From positions 328,105 through 352,104 of the forward strand of contig CAXXMP010000001.1 of assembly GCA_963664775.2 (NCBI GenBank): a stretch of 24,000 bases of DNA, read 5' to 3'. Below the pieces are notes generated by a model. That model was given only the letters and a program-made list of their open reading frames with translations. It had not been told where the DNA came from and ran no database searches. Within the stretch, counting starts at the first letter, position 1, and each line of letters starts with the position of its first letter. The DNA comes from an uncultured Pygmaiobacter sp. (lineage in GTDB: Bacteria; Bacillota; Clostridia; Oscillospirales; Ruminococcaceae). A program made the position numbers and the translations under genes. This document shows positions 14,730 to 23,131 of this stretch, piece after piece.

Positions 14730-15551
14730 TTACGCGGCATCCGGCAGGGCAGTTGCCTCCGGTGGGGGGGCTTGCGTTGGGGCAGGCTGCGGGGTTTCAC
14801 CGGGGTAGAAATCGACCCGCTGTGCCAGTTCGGCCGCCGCTTCATGTAGGGCAAAACTGCCGGTCAAATTAAGAGAAGCCGATGCAGTAGTGTCATTATT
14901 TTCATCAATTGTGCTCCAGCTAAAATACAGATTGTCTGGTTTTAAGCCGCTGGTAAGCACCTTATCCCGCAAGTCGGCGCAGGTTTTAGCAAAGCTTGCG
15001 GCATCTGCAAACGGGCCACGCAGATCAATAGAAATATCCACAGTGTCCCCGCCCGACAGTTCACCCAGTGTTACCTCTCTGGGGCGGCGCCAGTCGGCAA
15101 GGGTGACAGTGGAATACGAGTCGTAAACCACCTCGCTGTCTTTTAAAACAGAATAGACCTTTTCTTCCAGCTCTTTTGAAAGCCGCTGCTCGGCGTTGTG
15201 CTTTTCCGGGCCAAAGTAGGTAACAAAATAGGGGATGGTGGAAAGGCCCAAAGCGCTGAACACCAGCACAATGCATAAAAAGAACGACAGAAAATCATAC
15301 TTAATCGGGACATTGCTGCCGGCAAAATTGCTGGCCACGACCTCAATACCGAGAAAAATTAAAATCAGCGGGCAAAGCTTAAAGGCGATGGTCAAATCGA
15401 AAGACGGCCAAAGCAGGGAAGCACCAATGGCAAGGCCGGTCAAAATTAAGGCAAGCCCAGCGGTTAAGGTGCCAACCCGGCGGGGGTGGGGCGGCTTGGG
15501 TTGCGGTGTGCCGGGGGTTTGCTGCGGCGCTTGCTGCGTGGTATCTGCCAT
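14730..15551 (-). CDS. Membrane protein with Pro/Gln-rich termini and a C-terminal extracytoplasmic domain (unknown function)
   Basis: 273 aa with RBS GGGGGAGA. It has a disordered PQ-rich N-terminus, about 4 TM helices, a ~150-aa soluble domain and a Pro-rich tail. It is the last gene of the ECF operon. Confidence 0.7.
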   Translation of the reverse strand: MADTTQQAPQQTPGTPQPKPPHPRRVGTLTAGLALILTGLAIGASLLWPSFDLTIAFKLCPLILIFLGIEVVASNFAGSNVPIKYDFLSFFLCIVLVFSALGLSTIPYFVTYFGPEKHNAEQRLSKELEEKVYSVLKDSEVVYDSYSTVTLADWRRPREVTLGELSGGDTVDISIDLRGPFADAASFAKTCADLRDKVLTSGLKPDNLYFSWSTIDENNDTTASASLNLTGSFALHEAAAELAQRVDFYPGETPQPAPTQAPPPEATALPDAA

Positions 15552-15552
15552 C

Positions 15553-16107
15553 TTAATTCTCCCCCTTAAACTCTACAAAATCGTCCTGCTGTGCCTTTTT
15601 GCGCCCGCCGCGCATCAGCCGTATACCAAACAGAACCAGCAAAATGGCGACTGCAAGGGTGGGCAGGTTGCTGGCAATGCGCCACAGCCAGTTCAGGTCG
15701 TACGGCAGTGCATTCAGCAAATTGGCAAACAGCGAAAGGAAGAAGCTGTTGTACAGGATATAAACACCGATGACGATCAGCCCAATGCCCAGTGCAAGGT
15801 GATAGCGTTTGGCAACCTCCTGCGCGCCTACACGGTTACGCAGTTCTGGTGGCACAATGAAGTCATCCGGTTTGGCCGCGCATTCCTCCGGTGTCATATT
15901 GCGAATGGCGAAAGCGTCAAAAAAGGCAAAGAACCAGATGACTGGCAGTAGAATGCTAAAAAACCACAAATCGAGGAAACCGGCTACGCCAAGCACGGTC
16001 ACGAACGCGGTCATCAGTGAGGTGCCCCGTTTGGTATAGCCCAGATACATTTGCCCCGCACCGGGCCAGCAGGCAAAGATGAAAGTGAGGAAGGAACTCT
16101 TTTTCAT
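15553..16107 (-). CDS. Membrane protein with a TM2-like N-terminal motif (unknown function)
   Basis: 184 aa. Its start overlaps the anti-sigma stop (ATGA). The motif PGAGQMYLGYTKRG resembles TM2-domain proteins, and there are about 4 TM helices. Confidence 0.65.
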   Translation of the reverse strand: MKKSSFLTFIFACWPGAGQMYLGYTKRGTSLMTAFVTVLGVAGFLDLWFFSILLPVIWFFAFFDAFAIRNMTPEECAAKPDDFIVPPELRNRVGAQEVAKRYHLALGIGLIVIGVYILYNSFFLSLFANLLNALPYDLNWLWRIASNLPTLAVAILLVLFGIRLMRGGRKKAQQDDFVEFKGEN

Positions 16108-16622
16108 TTGTTGGTCTCTCCTTTTTGTGTGAATGTAGCAAAGAAGCTTTCAACAGCATCCGAAATTTGCATATTCAAGGTCGTGGGTTTTTGTCCGTCA
16201 TCCGCAAGGTATTTGCTTTTCATTTCTTCTTTCGCTGAAACAATGCGGGTTTGTTCTTGCTTTAGCAGGTAACTGCTGCGGTCAAAATCACCCTGTTGCA
16301 GCGGGATACTGACGGCAGAAAATACGCCGGTCAGCCACAGGCCCAGTGCAAGGCAGGCGGCAAGGCCTACTTTAAGCCCGCGGTTAAAGAAAATAGTGTT
16401 ACGTCGTTTTTGAATGCGCTGCATTACCGGTTCGGTCACCGGGTGTTCGGGTTGTAGCAGCACATCATCGGTCAACAGCGCGGCATACCGGCCGCAGCAG
16501 CTGTCACAAAACGAAAGGTGCTCGGCTGCCTCAAGGCTTTGCAGCTCGTCGAGATTTCCGGCAATCAGCGAGTCTAACCCTTCTTCTGTGAAGTGGCCCG
16601 TTTCATTGTCAAACAGATTCAC
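16104..16622 (-). CDS. Anti-sigma factor (zf-HC2 type, single-pass membrane)
   Basis: 172 aa with a GTG start overlapping the sigma stop (GTGA) and preceded by AAAGGAGGA. It has an N-terminal HxxxCxxC zinc motif (EHLSFCDSCCGRY) and one TM helix (VGLAACLALGLWLTGVF). Confidence 0.8.
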   Translation of the reverse strand: MNLFDNETGHFTEEGLDSLIAGNLDELQSLEAAEHLSFCDSCCGRYAALLTDDVLLQPEHPVTEPVMQRIQKRRNTIFFNRGLKVGLAACLALGLWLTGVFSAVSIPLQQGDFDRSSYLLKQEQTRIVSAKEEMKSKYLADDGQKPTTLNMQISDAVESFFATFTQKGETNK

Positions 16623-17134
16623 GAAAATCCTCCTTTCGGTGTCAGCTGCTTTTGCAGCAGCTGTTTAGCGCGGTAAAGCTGGGTGTGTACCGTTTTAGAT
16701 GGCCTCCCCAGCTGCTTTGCAATTTCCTCCACCGGTTTCTGTTCTAAAAAATACAAAACAGAAACCTGTAAATAGGGTTCGCGCAGGCTGCGAATTACAT
16801 CGGCAATCTCACCGGACATCACGGTGTCAACCACAATGTCCTCCGGTGGTGGGGTGGCGTATTGGCTGTACTGCACGTCCTCGTCATCATCCGTTAAGTT
16901 CACGCGTCGGTTGTAAGCACTTTTTAAATAATCCTTGGCTTTGTTGGTGGCAATGCGGCATAGCCAGGGCTTTGCGGTTTCGGGCGTACAACTGTCGCGG
17001 TGAAGATAGGCGGAAAGAAAGGTGTCTTGCGTGAGATCCTCGGCAGTCTGTGGGTTTTTGGTCATCTGATAACACACAGTATATACCAGCCTTTGATATT
17101 GCTGTACCAGTTCTTCAAATGCTGTGTCCCGCAC
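16619..17134 (-). CDS. ECF-type RNA polymerase sigma-70 factor
   Basis: 171 aa. Region 2 is DLTQDTFLSAY...WLCRIATNKAKDYL and region 4 contains the HTH (QKPVEEIAKQLGRPSKTVHTQLYRAKQLL). The start is a GTG as given by the track. Confidence 0.88.
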   Translation of the reverse strand: MRDTAFEELVQQYQRLVYTVCYQMTKNPQTAEDLTQDTFLSAYLHRDSCTPETAKPWLCRIATNKAKDYLKSAYNRRVNLTDDDEDVQYSQYATPPPEDIVVDTVMSGEIADVIRSLREPYLQVSVLYFLEQKPVEEIAKQLGRPSKTVHTQLYRAKQLLQKQLTPKGGFS

Positions 17135-17260
17135 CGCCGCTTCACCGCCTTTCTGTGCATGTTACGACCGGGCCGGGAATGTTTCTTCAAAAAATAGCAA
17201 AAAAGTATGAAATCAAGTAAAATTGGCATACAGCCGGCGTTTTACGCGCTTTTGCGGGCA

Positions 17261-17298
17261 AAAACAGAAAACCGGAAACGGGGGTACCCGTCTCCGGT
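17261..17298 (-). terminator. Terminator after the small-multidrug-export-family gene
   Basis: On the minus strand, ACCGGA-GACGGG-TACC-CCCGT-T-TCCGGT forms a nested hairpin followed by TTTCTGTTTT. Confidence 0.65.
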
Positions 17299-17312
17299 GA
17301 AGCTGGTACCCA

Positions 17313-17804
17313 TCAACCCAACAGCATGCCTAGCCCGCCAAACAACCCGGCAGAAAGGGCACCCATAATGATACCGGCAGTCAGCACGCCGCACATCACG
17401 GCAAACACGCTAGGCCAGAAATCCATATCCAGCAGGGTGGCGGCAAGGCTGCCTGTCCAGGCGCCGGTGCCCGGCAAGGGGATCGCCACAAACAAAAACA
17501 GGGCAAAATACAACCCGCGCCCGGCTTTTTGCTGCATTTTGTCGCCGGCTTTCATCCCTTTGTCGTAAATGACCTGAAAAAACCGGCCAAGCTTGCCGGG
17601 CAGTTTACAGCACCACAAAAGCACTTGTTTGCTGAACAGAATGATCACCGGCACCGGCAGCATGTTGCCCACAATGGCAACGAGATAAGTGCCAAGCAGC
17701 GGCAGGCCGCTGGCCACACCAACGGGGATTGCGCCGCGCAACTCGACAAGCGGCACCATAGAAATAAAAAAGACCCAGAAATATTTTTGAAACAGCGCCA
17801 GCAT
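17313..17804 (-). CDS. Small multi-drug export family membrane protein (COG2426-like)
   Basis: 163 aa. The N-terminal signature ISMVPLVELRGAIPVG is characteristic of this family, and there are about 4-5 TM helices. Confidence 0.75.
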   Translation of the reverse strand: MLALFQKYFWVFFISMVPLVELRGAIPVGVASGLPLLGTYLVAIVGNMLPVPVIILFSKQVLLWCCKLPGKLGRFFQVIYDKGMKAGDKMQQKAGRGLYFALFLFVAIPLPGTGAWTGSLAATLLDMDFWPSVFAVMCGVLTAGIIMGALSAGLFGGLGMLLG

Positions 17805-17944
17805 GGTAAAACCTCGTGTTCATAGAATTTGCCCCGGCGCGCAGCCGGGAAACAAAGACAGTATACCCTATTTTGGGGCACAGAGCAAATACATTTTAGC
17901 GTTTACACCGGCTTGGGGCAGGGACAAAAGCTGTGTGGTGTACC

Positions 17945-17973
17945 TTGCAGAGGGCAGGCCGTTTCGATATAAT
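17945..17973 (+). promoter_or_regulatory. Candidate galE promoter
   Basis: TTGCAG (17945-17950), a 17-bp spacer and TATAAT (17968-17973), leaving a ~150-nt leader. Confidence 0.5.
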
Positions 17974-18130
17974 AGGGGGGCGGCGGCACGGGGGCTTGTA
18001 CTGTTGCAGCAATTATGTATTATTGTTGCCGTCTGAAAAATGCAGATGTAGTACAGGATAATCCATTTTCATTTGTGGCGCGGTAGGGTACAATAAAGAA
18101 AACACAGTAATCCTTAAGGGAGGGTTTAAG

Positions 18131-19147
18131 ATGGCAGTACTGGTAAGTGGTGGTGCAGGCTATATTGGGTCACACACCTGCCTTGCGCTGATTGAGGCGG
18201 GGTTTGATGTTTTGGTTGCAGACAACCTTGTAAACTCATGTGAAGAAGCGGTGGTGCGCACCCGGCGGCTGGCGGGCAAAGAGTTTGAGTTTGTAAATAT
18301 AAACCTTTGCGACGAGCAGGCGGCCGAAGCGTTGTTCAACGCGCACCCGGAAATTGATGCGGTCATTCACTTTGCCGGGCTGAAAGCCGTGGGCGAAAGT
18401 GTTACAAAGCCGCTGGAGTATTACGACAACAACATTACTTCAACTTTGGTGCTGCTGAAAACTATGCGCCGCCATGGGGTAAAGCAGTTTGTATTTTCTT
18501 CTTCCGCCACGGTATACGGCGACCCGCACACCGTGCCCATTACAGAGGATTTTCCGCTGTCGGCGACAAACCCCTATGGGCAGACAAAGCTGATGATCGA
18601 GCAGATGCTGCGCGACATCCAAAAGGCAGACCAGGCGCTGAATGTTGCCCTGCTGCGCTACTTCAACCCCATTGGGGCACACCCGTCCGGCATGATTGGC
18701 GAAGACCCTGCGGGCATCCCCAACAATTTGGTGCCCTACATTGCGCAGGTTGCGGTGGGTAAGCTGAAACAGGTCAGCGTGTTTGGCGGCGATTACAACA
18801 CGCACGACGGCACTGGCGTGCGCGATTATATCCACGTGATGGACCTTGCAAGCGGGCACGTGGCTGCGCTGCGCAAACTGGCCCAAAAGCCCGGCCTTGT
18901 TACCTATAATCTGGGCACCGGGCACGGCTATTCGGTGCTGGATGTGATCCACGCATACGAAAAGGCCTGCGGCAAAACCTTGCCGTACGTTATTGCACCG
19001 CGCCGCCCCGGCGACATTGCCGCCTGCTATGCCGACCCGGCAAAGGCGGCCGCAGAGCTGGGCTGGCAGGCAAAGTACGGTATTGAAGAGATGTGCCGAG
19101 ATTCGTGGAACTGGCAGTCAAAAAACCCCAACGGGTACCGTGAATAA
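18131..19147 (+). CDS. galE: UDP-glucose 4-epimerase
   Basis: 338 aa with RBS GGGAGGG. It has the Rossmann motif VSGGAGYIGSH, the SSSATVYG and YGQTK (YxxxK) catalytic motifs, and the GalE-typical LRYFNPIGAHPSG and DGTGVRDYIHV. Confidence 0.93.
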   Translation: MAVLVSGGAGYIGSHTCLALIEAGFDVLVADNLVNSCEEAVVRTRRLAGKEFEFVNINLCDEQAAEALFNAHPEIDAVIHFAGLKAVGESVTKPLEYYDNNITSTLVLLKTMRRHGVKQFVFSSSATVYGDPHTVPITEDFPLSATNPYGQTKLMIEQMLRDIQKADQALNVALLRYFNPIGAHPSGMIGEDPAGIPNNLVPYIAQVAVGKLKQVSVFGGDYNTHDGTGVRDYIHVMDLASGHVAALRKLAQKPGLVTYNLGTGHGYSVLDVIHAYEKACGKTLPYVIAPRRPGDIAACYADPAKAAAELGWQAKYGIEEMCRDSWNWQSKNPNGYRE

Positions 19148-19177
19148 CCACGCCGGCTGCGAAAATTAAATGACAGT

Positions 19178-19209
19178 AAAACCCCGCACCGGCATGGCGC
19201 GGGGTTTTT
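19178..19209 (+). terminator. Terminator after galE
   Basis: AAAACCCCGC...GCGGGGTTTTT hairpin with a T-run. Confidence 0.75.
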
Positions 19210-19252
19210 GCTGCAAGCAGTACACCTTGCGGCAAAATGGTCATGAACTGCT

Positions 19253-19280
19253 TTGCGATTTGCAGCAAAAGGGGTATAAT
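19253..19280 (+). promoter_or_regulatory. Candidate promoter of the nucleotidyltransferase gene
   Basis: TTGCGA (19253-19258), a 16-bp spacer and TATAAT (19275-19280). Confidence 0.5.
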
Positions 19281-19312
19281 AAGCGAAACACAGTACGAAA
19301 AGGAGTAAGCAG

Positions 19313-20236
19313 ATGGACAAACCGACTCTTGTTGTAATGGCGGCAGGCATGGGCTCGCGCTATGGCGGGCTAAAGCAGATCGACCCGGTGGGGCCGGGGG
19401 GCGAAGTGATCGTGGATTATTCGCTGTACGATGCGCGCCGGGCCGGCTTTGAAAAGGTCGTTTTTGTGATCAAAAAAGAAAACGAGGCGGATTTTAAACA
19501 GATGATTGGGCGCCGGGTATCCCCTTATTTGCAGCTGGCTTATGTGCCGCAGCAGCTCGACGACCTGCCCGCAGGCTTTGCGGTGCCGGATGGCCGCCAA
19601 AAGCCGTGGGGCACCGCGCATGCCGTACTGGCCGTGCGCGGGGTGGTCGACGGGCCGTTTGCTGTGATCAACGCCGATGATTACTATGGGCGCGAGGCGT
19701 TTGAGCAGATTTTTGCCTACCTGTCGACCCACCCGGACACCGACCGCTACCAGTATGCGATGGTCGGTTATCACCTGCGCAACACCTTAACGGAAAACGG
19801 GCATGTTGCCCGCGGGGTATGTGAGGTCAATGCAGCCGGGGTGTTGCAAAGTGTCACCGAGCGCACGCAGATCTGCAAAGACGGTTTGGATGCCAAATTT
19901 ACCGAGGATGACGGTAAGACATGGCAGCCGCTTGCCGGGGACGCGACTGTATCGATGAACCTGTGGGGCTTTCAGAAAAGCTTTTTTGCGGAGGCACAGG
20001 CGGGGTTTGCCGAATTTTTGGCGGCGGCGTTGCCGCAAAACCCGCTCAAGGCCGAATATTATCTGCCCGGCGTGGTCAGCAGCCTGATTGCGCAGGGTAA
20101 AGCGCAGGTGCAGGTGCTGAAAAGCGCCGATAAGTGGTACGGAGTCACCTATAAAGAGGATAAACCTGCCGTAGAGCAGGCGGTGCGCGGGATGATTGCA
20201 AACGGGTTGTACCCGCAGCGGCTTTGGGCAGAGTAA
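19313..20236 (+). CDS. Sugar-phosphate nucleotidyltransferase (substrate unknown)
   Basis: 307 aa with RBS AAAGGAG. The N-terminal NTP-transferase loop is VVMAAGMGSRYGGLKQ, followed by KPWGTAHA and INADDYYG motifs. Confidence 0.75.
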   Translation: MDKPTLVVMAAGMGSRYGGLKQIDPVGPGGEVIVDYSLYDARRAGFEKVVFVIKKENEADFKQMIGRRVSPYLQLAYVPQQLDDLPAGFAVPDGRQKPWGTAHAVLAVRGVVDGPFAVINADDYYGREAFEQIFAYLSTHPDTDRYQYAMVGYHLRNTLTENGHVARGVCEVNAAGVLQSVTERTQICKDGLDAKFTEDDGKTWQPLAGDATVSMNLWGFQKSFFAEAQAGFAEFLAAALPQNPLKAEYYLPGVVSSLIAQGKAQVQVLKSADKWYGVTYKEDKPAVEQAVRGMIANGLYPQRLWAE

Positions 20237-20270
20237 CCATGCGGATATCATCAAGAATGATTTAATAAAG

Positions 20271-20300
20271 AAAGGGCGTGGCAAAAGCCGCGCCCTTTTT
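20271..20300. terminator. Bidirectional terminator between the nucleotidyltransferase and DUF362 genes
   Basis: AAAGGGCG-tggcaaaagccg-CGCCCTTT followed by TTT on the plus strand, with an A-tract on the other side. Confidence 0.65.
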
Positions 20301-20327
20301 AGGCTTAATTTGAAACCTTACGATGCT

Positions 20328-21452
20328 TTATACGCGCACCAGCTCGTACTCGCGGTTGCCAAGGCCAATTTTTTCAGCGTGGGCAAGGCAGCTTTTCCAG
20401 TTGGTTTCGGGCGAGGTGTTGGTAAAATGGTCGTGGTGCTCGCAAAAATGCTCTTCGTGCATCTCGTCGTCCAGCAGCGAGCCCGGCATGACCGGCATTT
20501 TATTACAGGCATCCGCACAGGCCTGGTCCAGTGCGACGGGGTCAAAGCTGGCGAACATACCCACGTCGGGGATGATGGGGGCGTCATTTTCAGCATGGCA
20601 ATCGCAGTACGGCGAAACGTCCATCACCAAACTGATGTGAAACGCCGGGCGCCCGTCTACGACCGCTTTCGAATATTCGGCAATCTTTTTGTTGAGGTCA
20701 TCGTTGGCCGAAGAATTTTCGTTGTAAATTGCGTCAAAGTTGCAGGCCCCAAGGCAGCGCCCACAGCCCACACATTTGTCGTGGTCAATCGAGGCCTTGC
20801 GCTGCTCGTTAAACGAAATCGCCCCGTGCGCGCAGTTTTTGGCGCAGGTGCGGCAGCCCACACAGGTGTCCTGGTCTACACTGGGCTTGCCGGAGTTGTG
20901 TTGTTCCATTTTGCCGCCACGGCTACCACAGCCCATACCGATGTTTTTCAGGCAGCCGCCAAAGCCGGTGGCCTCGTGCCCTTTAAAATGAGACAGCGAG
21001 ATAAACACGTCGGCATCCATAATGGCGCGCCCAATTTTGGCGTTTTGCACCAGTTCGCCGCCCACGACCGGCACCTCAACGTCGTCGGTGCCTTTCAGCC
21101 CGTCGGCAATGATCACGTTGCAGCCGGTCGAAAACGGGGAAAACCCGTTTTCATAAGCGGCATCAATATGGTCCAGCGCATTTTTGCGGCGCCCCACGTA
21201 CAACGTGTTGCAGTCGGTTAAAAACGGCTTGCCGCCCAGTTCTTTAATGACATCAGCCACCGCTTTGGCGTAGTTGGGGCGCAAAAAAGACAGGTTGCCC
21301 GGCTCTCCAAAGTGAATTTTAATGGCGACCAATTTGTTGTTCATGTCGATTTCGCCGATCCCGGCCCGGCGGATCAGTTTTTGCAGCTTCAGCAGCAAAT
21401 TGGTCCCCGGCAGTGCCCGCAGGTCACTGTAGAATACTTTGGCTTTTTCCAT
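20328..21452 (-). CDS. DUF362-family protein with an inserted 2x[4Fe-4S] ferredoxin domain
   Basis: 374 aa with RBS AGGGAGA. It has two CxxCxxCxxxC motifs (CVGCRTCAKNC, CVGCGRCLGAC), a DUF362-like N-terminal part (VAIKIHFGEPGN, FLTDCNT) and a His/Cys-rich C-terminus. Confidence 0.8.
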   Translation of the reverse strand: MEKAKVFYSDLRALPGTNLLLKLQKLIRRAGIGEIDMNNKLVAIKIHFGEPGNLSFLRPNYAKAVADVIKELGGKPFLTDCNTLYVGRRKNALDHIDAAYENGFSPFSTGCNVIIADGLKGTDDVEVPVVGGELVQNAKIGRAIMDADVFISLSHFKGHEATGFGGCLKNIGMGCGSRGGKMEQHNSGKPSVDQDTCVGCRTCAKNCAHGAISFNEQRKASIDHDKCVGCGRCLGACNFDAIYNENSSANDDLNKKIAEYSKAVVDGRPAFHISLVMDVSPYCDCHAENDAPIIPDVGMFASFDPVALDQACADACNKMPVMPGSLLDDEMHEEHFCEHHDHFTNTSPETNWKSCLAHAEKIGLGNREYELVRV

Positions 21453-21559
21453 ACATCATTCTCCCTTGCTGTGCGCCGCTTCCTGCGGCGTGTGTTTGGC
21501 ACGGCCATGCCCAAGTATGCCGCCAGCATACGCGGCACACCCGGCGGTACAGGTTGCAG

Positions 21560-21588
21560 TTGCATTTGTGCCGCCGGGCTACTACAAT
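21560..21588 (+). promoter_or_regulatory. Candidate promoter of the merR-family gene
   Basis: TTGCAT (21560-21565), a 17-bp spacer and TACAAT (21583-21588). It overlaps back-to-back with the divergent promoter. Confidence 0.5.
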
Positions 21589-21589
21589 A

Positions 21590-21620
21590 AATATAGACCT
21601 TAAAGTATGGTTTAAGTCAA
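21590..21620 (-). promoter_or_regulatory. MerR-type promoter (19-bp spacer with operator palindrome) driving the DUF362 gene
   Basis: The minus strand reads TTGACT (21620-21615), a 19-bp spacer and TATATT (21595-21590). The spacer carries the palindrome CTTAAA-N6-TTTAAG (21599-21616). An over-long spacer plus a dyad is the hallmark of MerR-activated promoters. Confidence 0.65.
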
Positions 21621-21649
21621 GACTATTTTTTTGAAAAGAGGGTAAAACA

Positions 21650-22102
21650 ATGGGGTACAGCATTCGCCAGGTGGTACAACTTACCGGCATACCGGCCTCT
21701 ACATTGCGGTTTTATGAGGCAAAGGGGCTGCTTGCCCCCGTGGGGCGCAACTGTAACGGTGTGCGGGAATATACTGATGCGGACCTGGAACGGCTGGGTT
21801 CAATCACCTGTTTGAAAAATACGCGCATGCCTATTGCAGAAATTCGCCGGTTTATGGAGCTTTGCGGCCAGGGGGACGGCACGCTGCAAAAACGCCGTGA
21901 GATGGTGCAGGCGCAACAGGCAGCGCTTGAAAAAAGAATTTATGAATTGCAACAGTATAAAGAACACATTGACAGCAAGTTGCGTTACTATGATATTGCC
22001 TGTGCGTCGGGTAGTGAAGCAGAGGCAAAGCGCCGCTATTGCTGCGAAAAACCAAAGGTAAAACGGGCCACTGTTGAAAATAAGTCGATAGAAATTGTAT
22101 AG
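21650..22102 (+). CDS. MerR-family transcriptional regulator
   Basis: 150 aa with RBS AGAGGG. It has an N-terminal winged HTH (YSIRQVVQLTGIPASTLRFYEAKGLL), a coiled-coil dimerisation helix, and several Cys residues (LELCGQ, DIACASG, RRYCCEKP). Confidence 0.88.
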   Translation: MGYSIRQVVQLTGIPASTLRFYEAKGLLAPVGRNCNGVREYTDADLERLGSITCLKNTRMPIAEIRRFMELCGQGDGTLQKRREMVQAQQAALEKRIYELQQYKEHIDSKLRYYDIACASGSEAEAKRRYCCEKPKVKRATVENKSIEIV

Positions 22103-22145
22103 GTTTAATAAAATTACATTGTTTTGAAATTGATATACTGTATAC

Positions 22146-22174
22146 TTGCCTAAAACGAGAAAACCAGATATAAT
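22146..22174 (+). promoter_or_regulatory. Candidate promoter of the araC-family gene
   Basis: TTGCCT (22146-22151), a 17-bp spacer and TATAAT (22169-22174). A TATACT-g-TATACT repeat abuts the -35. Confidence 0.5.
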
Positions 22175-22242
22175 AAAATCAGACCTGAAACCCAAAAGAG
22201 GAAACTGGTTTTAGCACTGTTCCTCAGGCAAGGTGAGACGCA

Positions 22243-23082
22243 ATGAGCAAAGAAGCAAAATGGCATGGTGCTTGCGGGGATTCGATACCAAAGGCGCGGT
22301 TTTTGGAGATCAACGAGCTATCGTATACGTCGCAGTGCCCTAAAAATGTGATGGCACATCGCTTTACTGAAATTTTTTATCAGGTATCCGGTGAGGGGCA
22401 TACTGTGGTTGAAGGGGCCCCTGTGACATTGGCTGCGGGGGAACTGCTGCTTTTGAACCCCGGTATTCAGCACCGTATGTTGGCCATGCAGACCCCCAAA
22501 GCAAAAACATTGCAACTGCGCGCAGAGCATTTGCTTTTTGATTTTGCGGGTAACGGGTTTGCACAGTATGGAAATACAAGCACCAACAATTATTTGCTTG
22601 GCTGTATGTATGGGATGCTGTATGAAACCGCAGAGAGGGCGCTGGGCTATGAAGTGGTGTGCGACCAGTTGCTCTCCATAGCGGTCATTCAACTGCTGCG
22701 GTTTACGCGCTGCTCGCTGACGATACTTGGCAGTGGTGGCTTACCTGCACAGTGCAGCATGGTGCAGCAATATATCAGCAACCATTTCAAAGAGGACCTG
22801 AATCTCGACCAGCTTGCGGATCAGTGCGGGCTCAACAAATTTTACCTGGTGCACTCCTTTAAAAAGGCAACCGGCACTACGCCAATCAACTATTTGAATC
22901 AACTTCGGTTGCAAGAAGCGGAAAAACTGTTGAAAACGACCGACCTGCCGGTGGCAAAGATTGCACAAGAGGTAGGGTTTTCGTCTCAAAATGGGTTTAG
23001 CCAAAGCTTTCGCCGCTTTAAAGGGGTATCGCCAACCCACTACCGGCAAGTGCAAAAAGTGGCGGAGATAACAACTATTTAA
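22243..23082 (+). CDS. AraC-family transcriptional regulator (cupin-like N-domain plus HTH)
   Basis: 279 aa with RBS AAGGTGA. The C-terminal double HTH is LNLDQLADQCGLNKFYLVHSFKKATGTTPINYLNQLRLQEAEKLL...IAQEVGFSSQNGFSQSFRRFKGVSPTHYR. Confidence 0.88.
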   Translation: MSKEAKWHGACGDSIPKARFLEINELSYTSQCPKNVMAHRFTEIFYQVSGEGHTVVEGAPVTLAAGELLLLNPGIQHRMLAMQTPKAKTLQLRAEHLLFDFAGNGFAQYGNTSTNNYLLGCMYGMLYETAERALGYEVVCDQLLSIAVIQLLRFTRCSLTILGSGGLPAQCSMVQQYISNHFKEDLNLDQLADQCGLNKFYLVHSFKKATGTTPINYLNQLRLQEAEKLLKTTDLPVAKIAQEVGFSSQNGFSQSFRRFKGVSPTHYRQVQKVAEITTI

Positions 23083-23093
23083 TAATAGATGGT

Positions 23094-23131
23094 AAAAGAC
23101 GGCTGTTTTTGCTTATCCCCGTCTTTTTTTT
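23094..23131 (+). terminator. Terminator after the araC-family gene
   Basis: AAAAGACGG...CCGTCTTTT followed by a T-run of 8-9. Confidence 0.75.

Noticed and set aside
20196-21221. 341-aa plus-strand ORF overlapping the DUF362 gene
   Set aside because: It is antisense to the Fe-S protein gene, runs through the convergent terminator at 20271-20300, and has no recognisable motifs or RBS.
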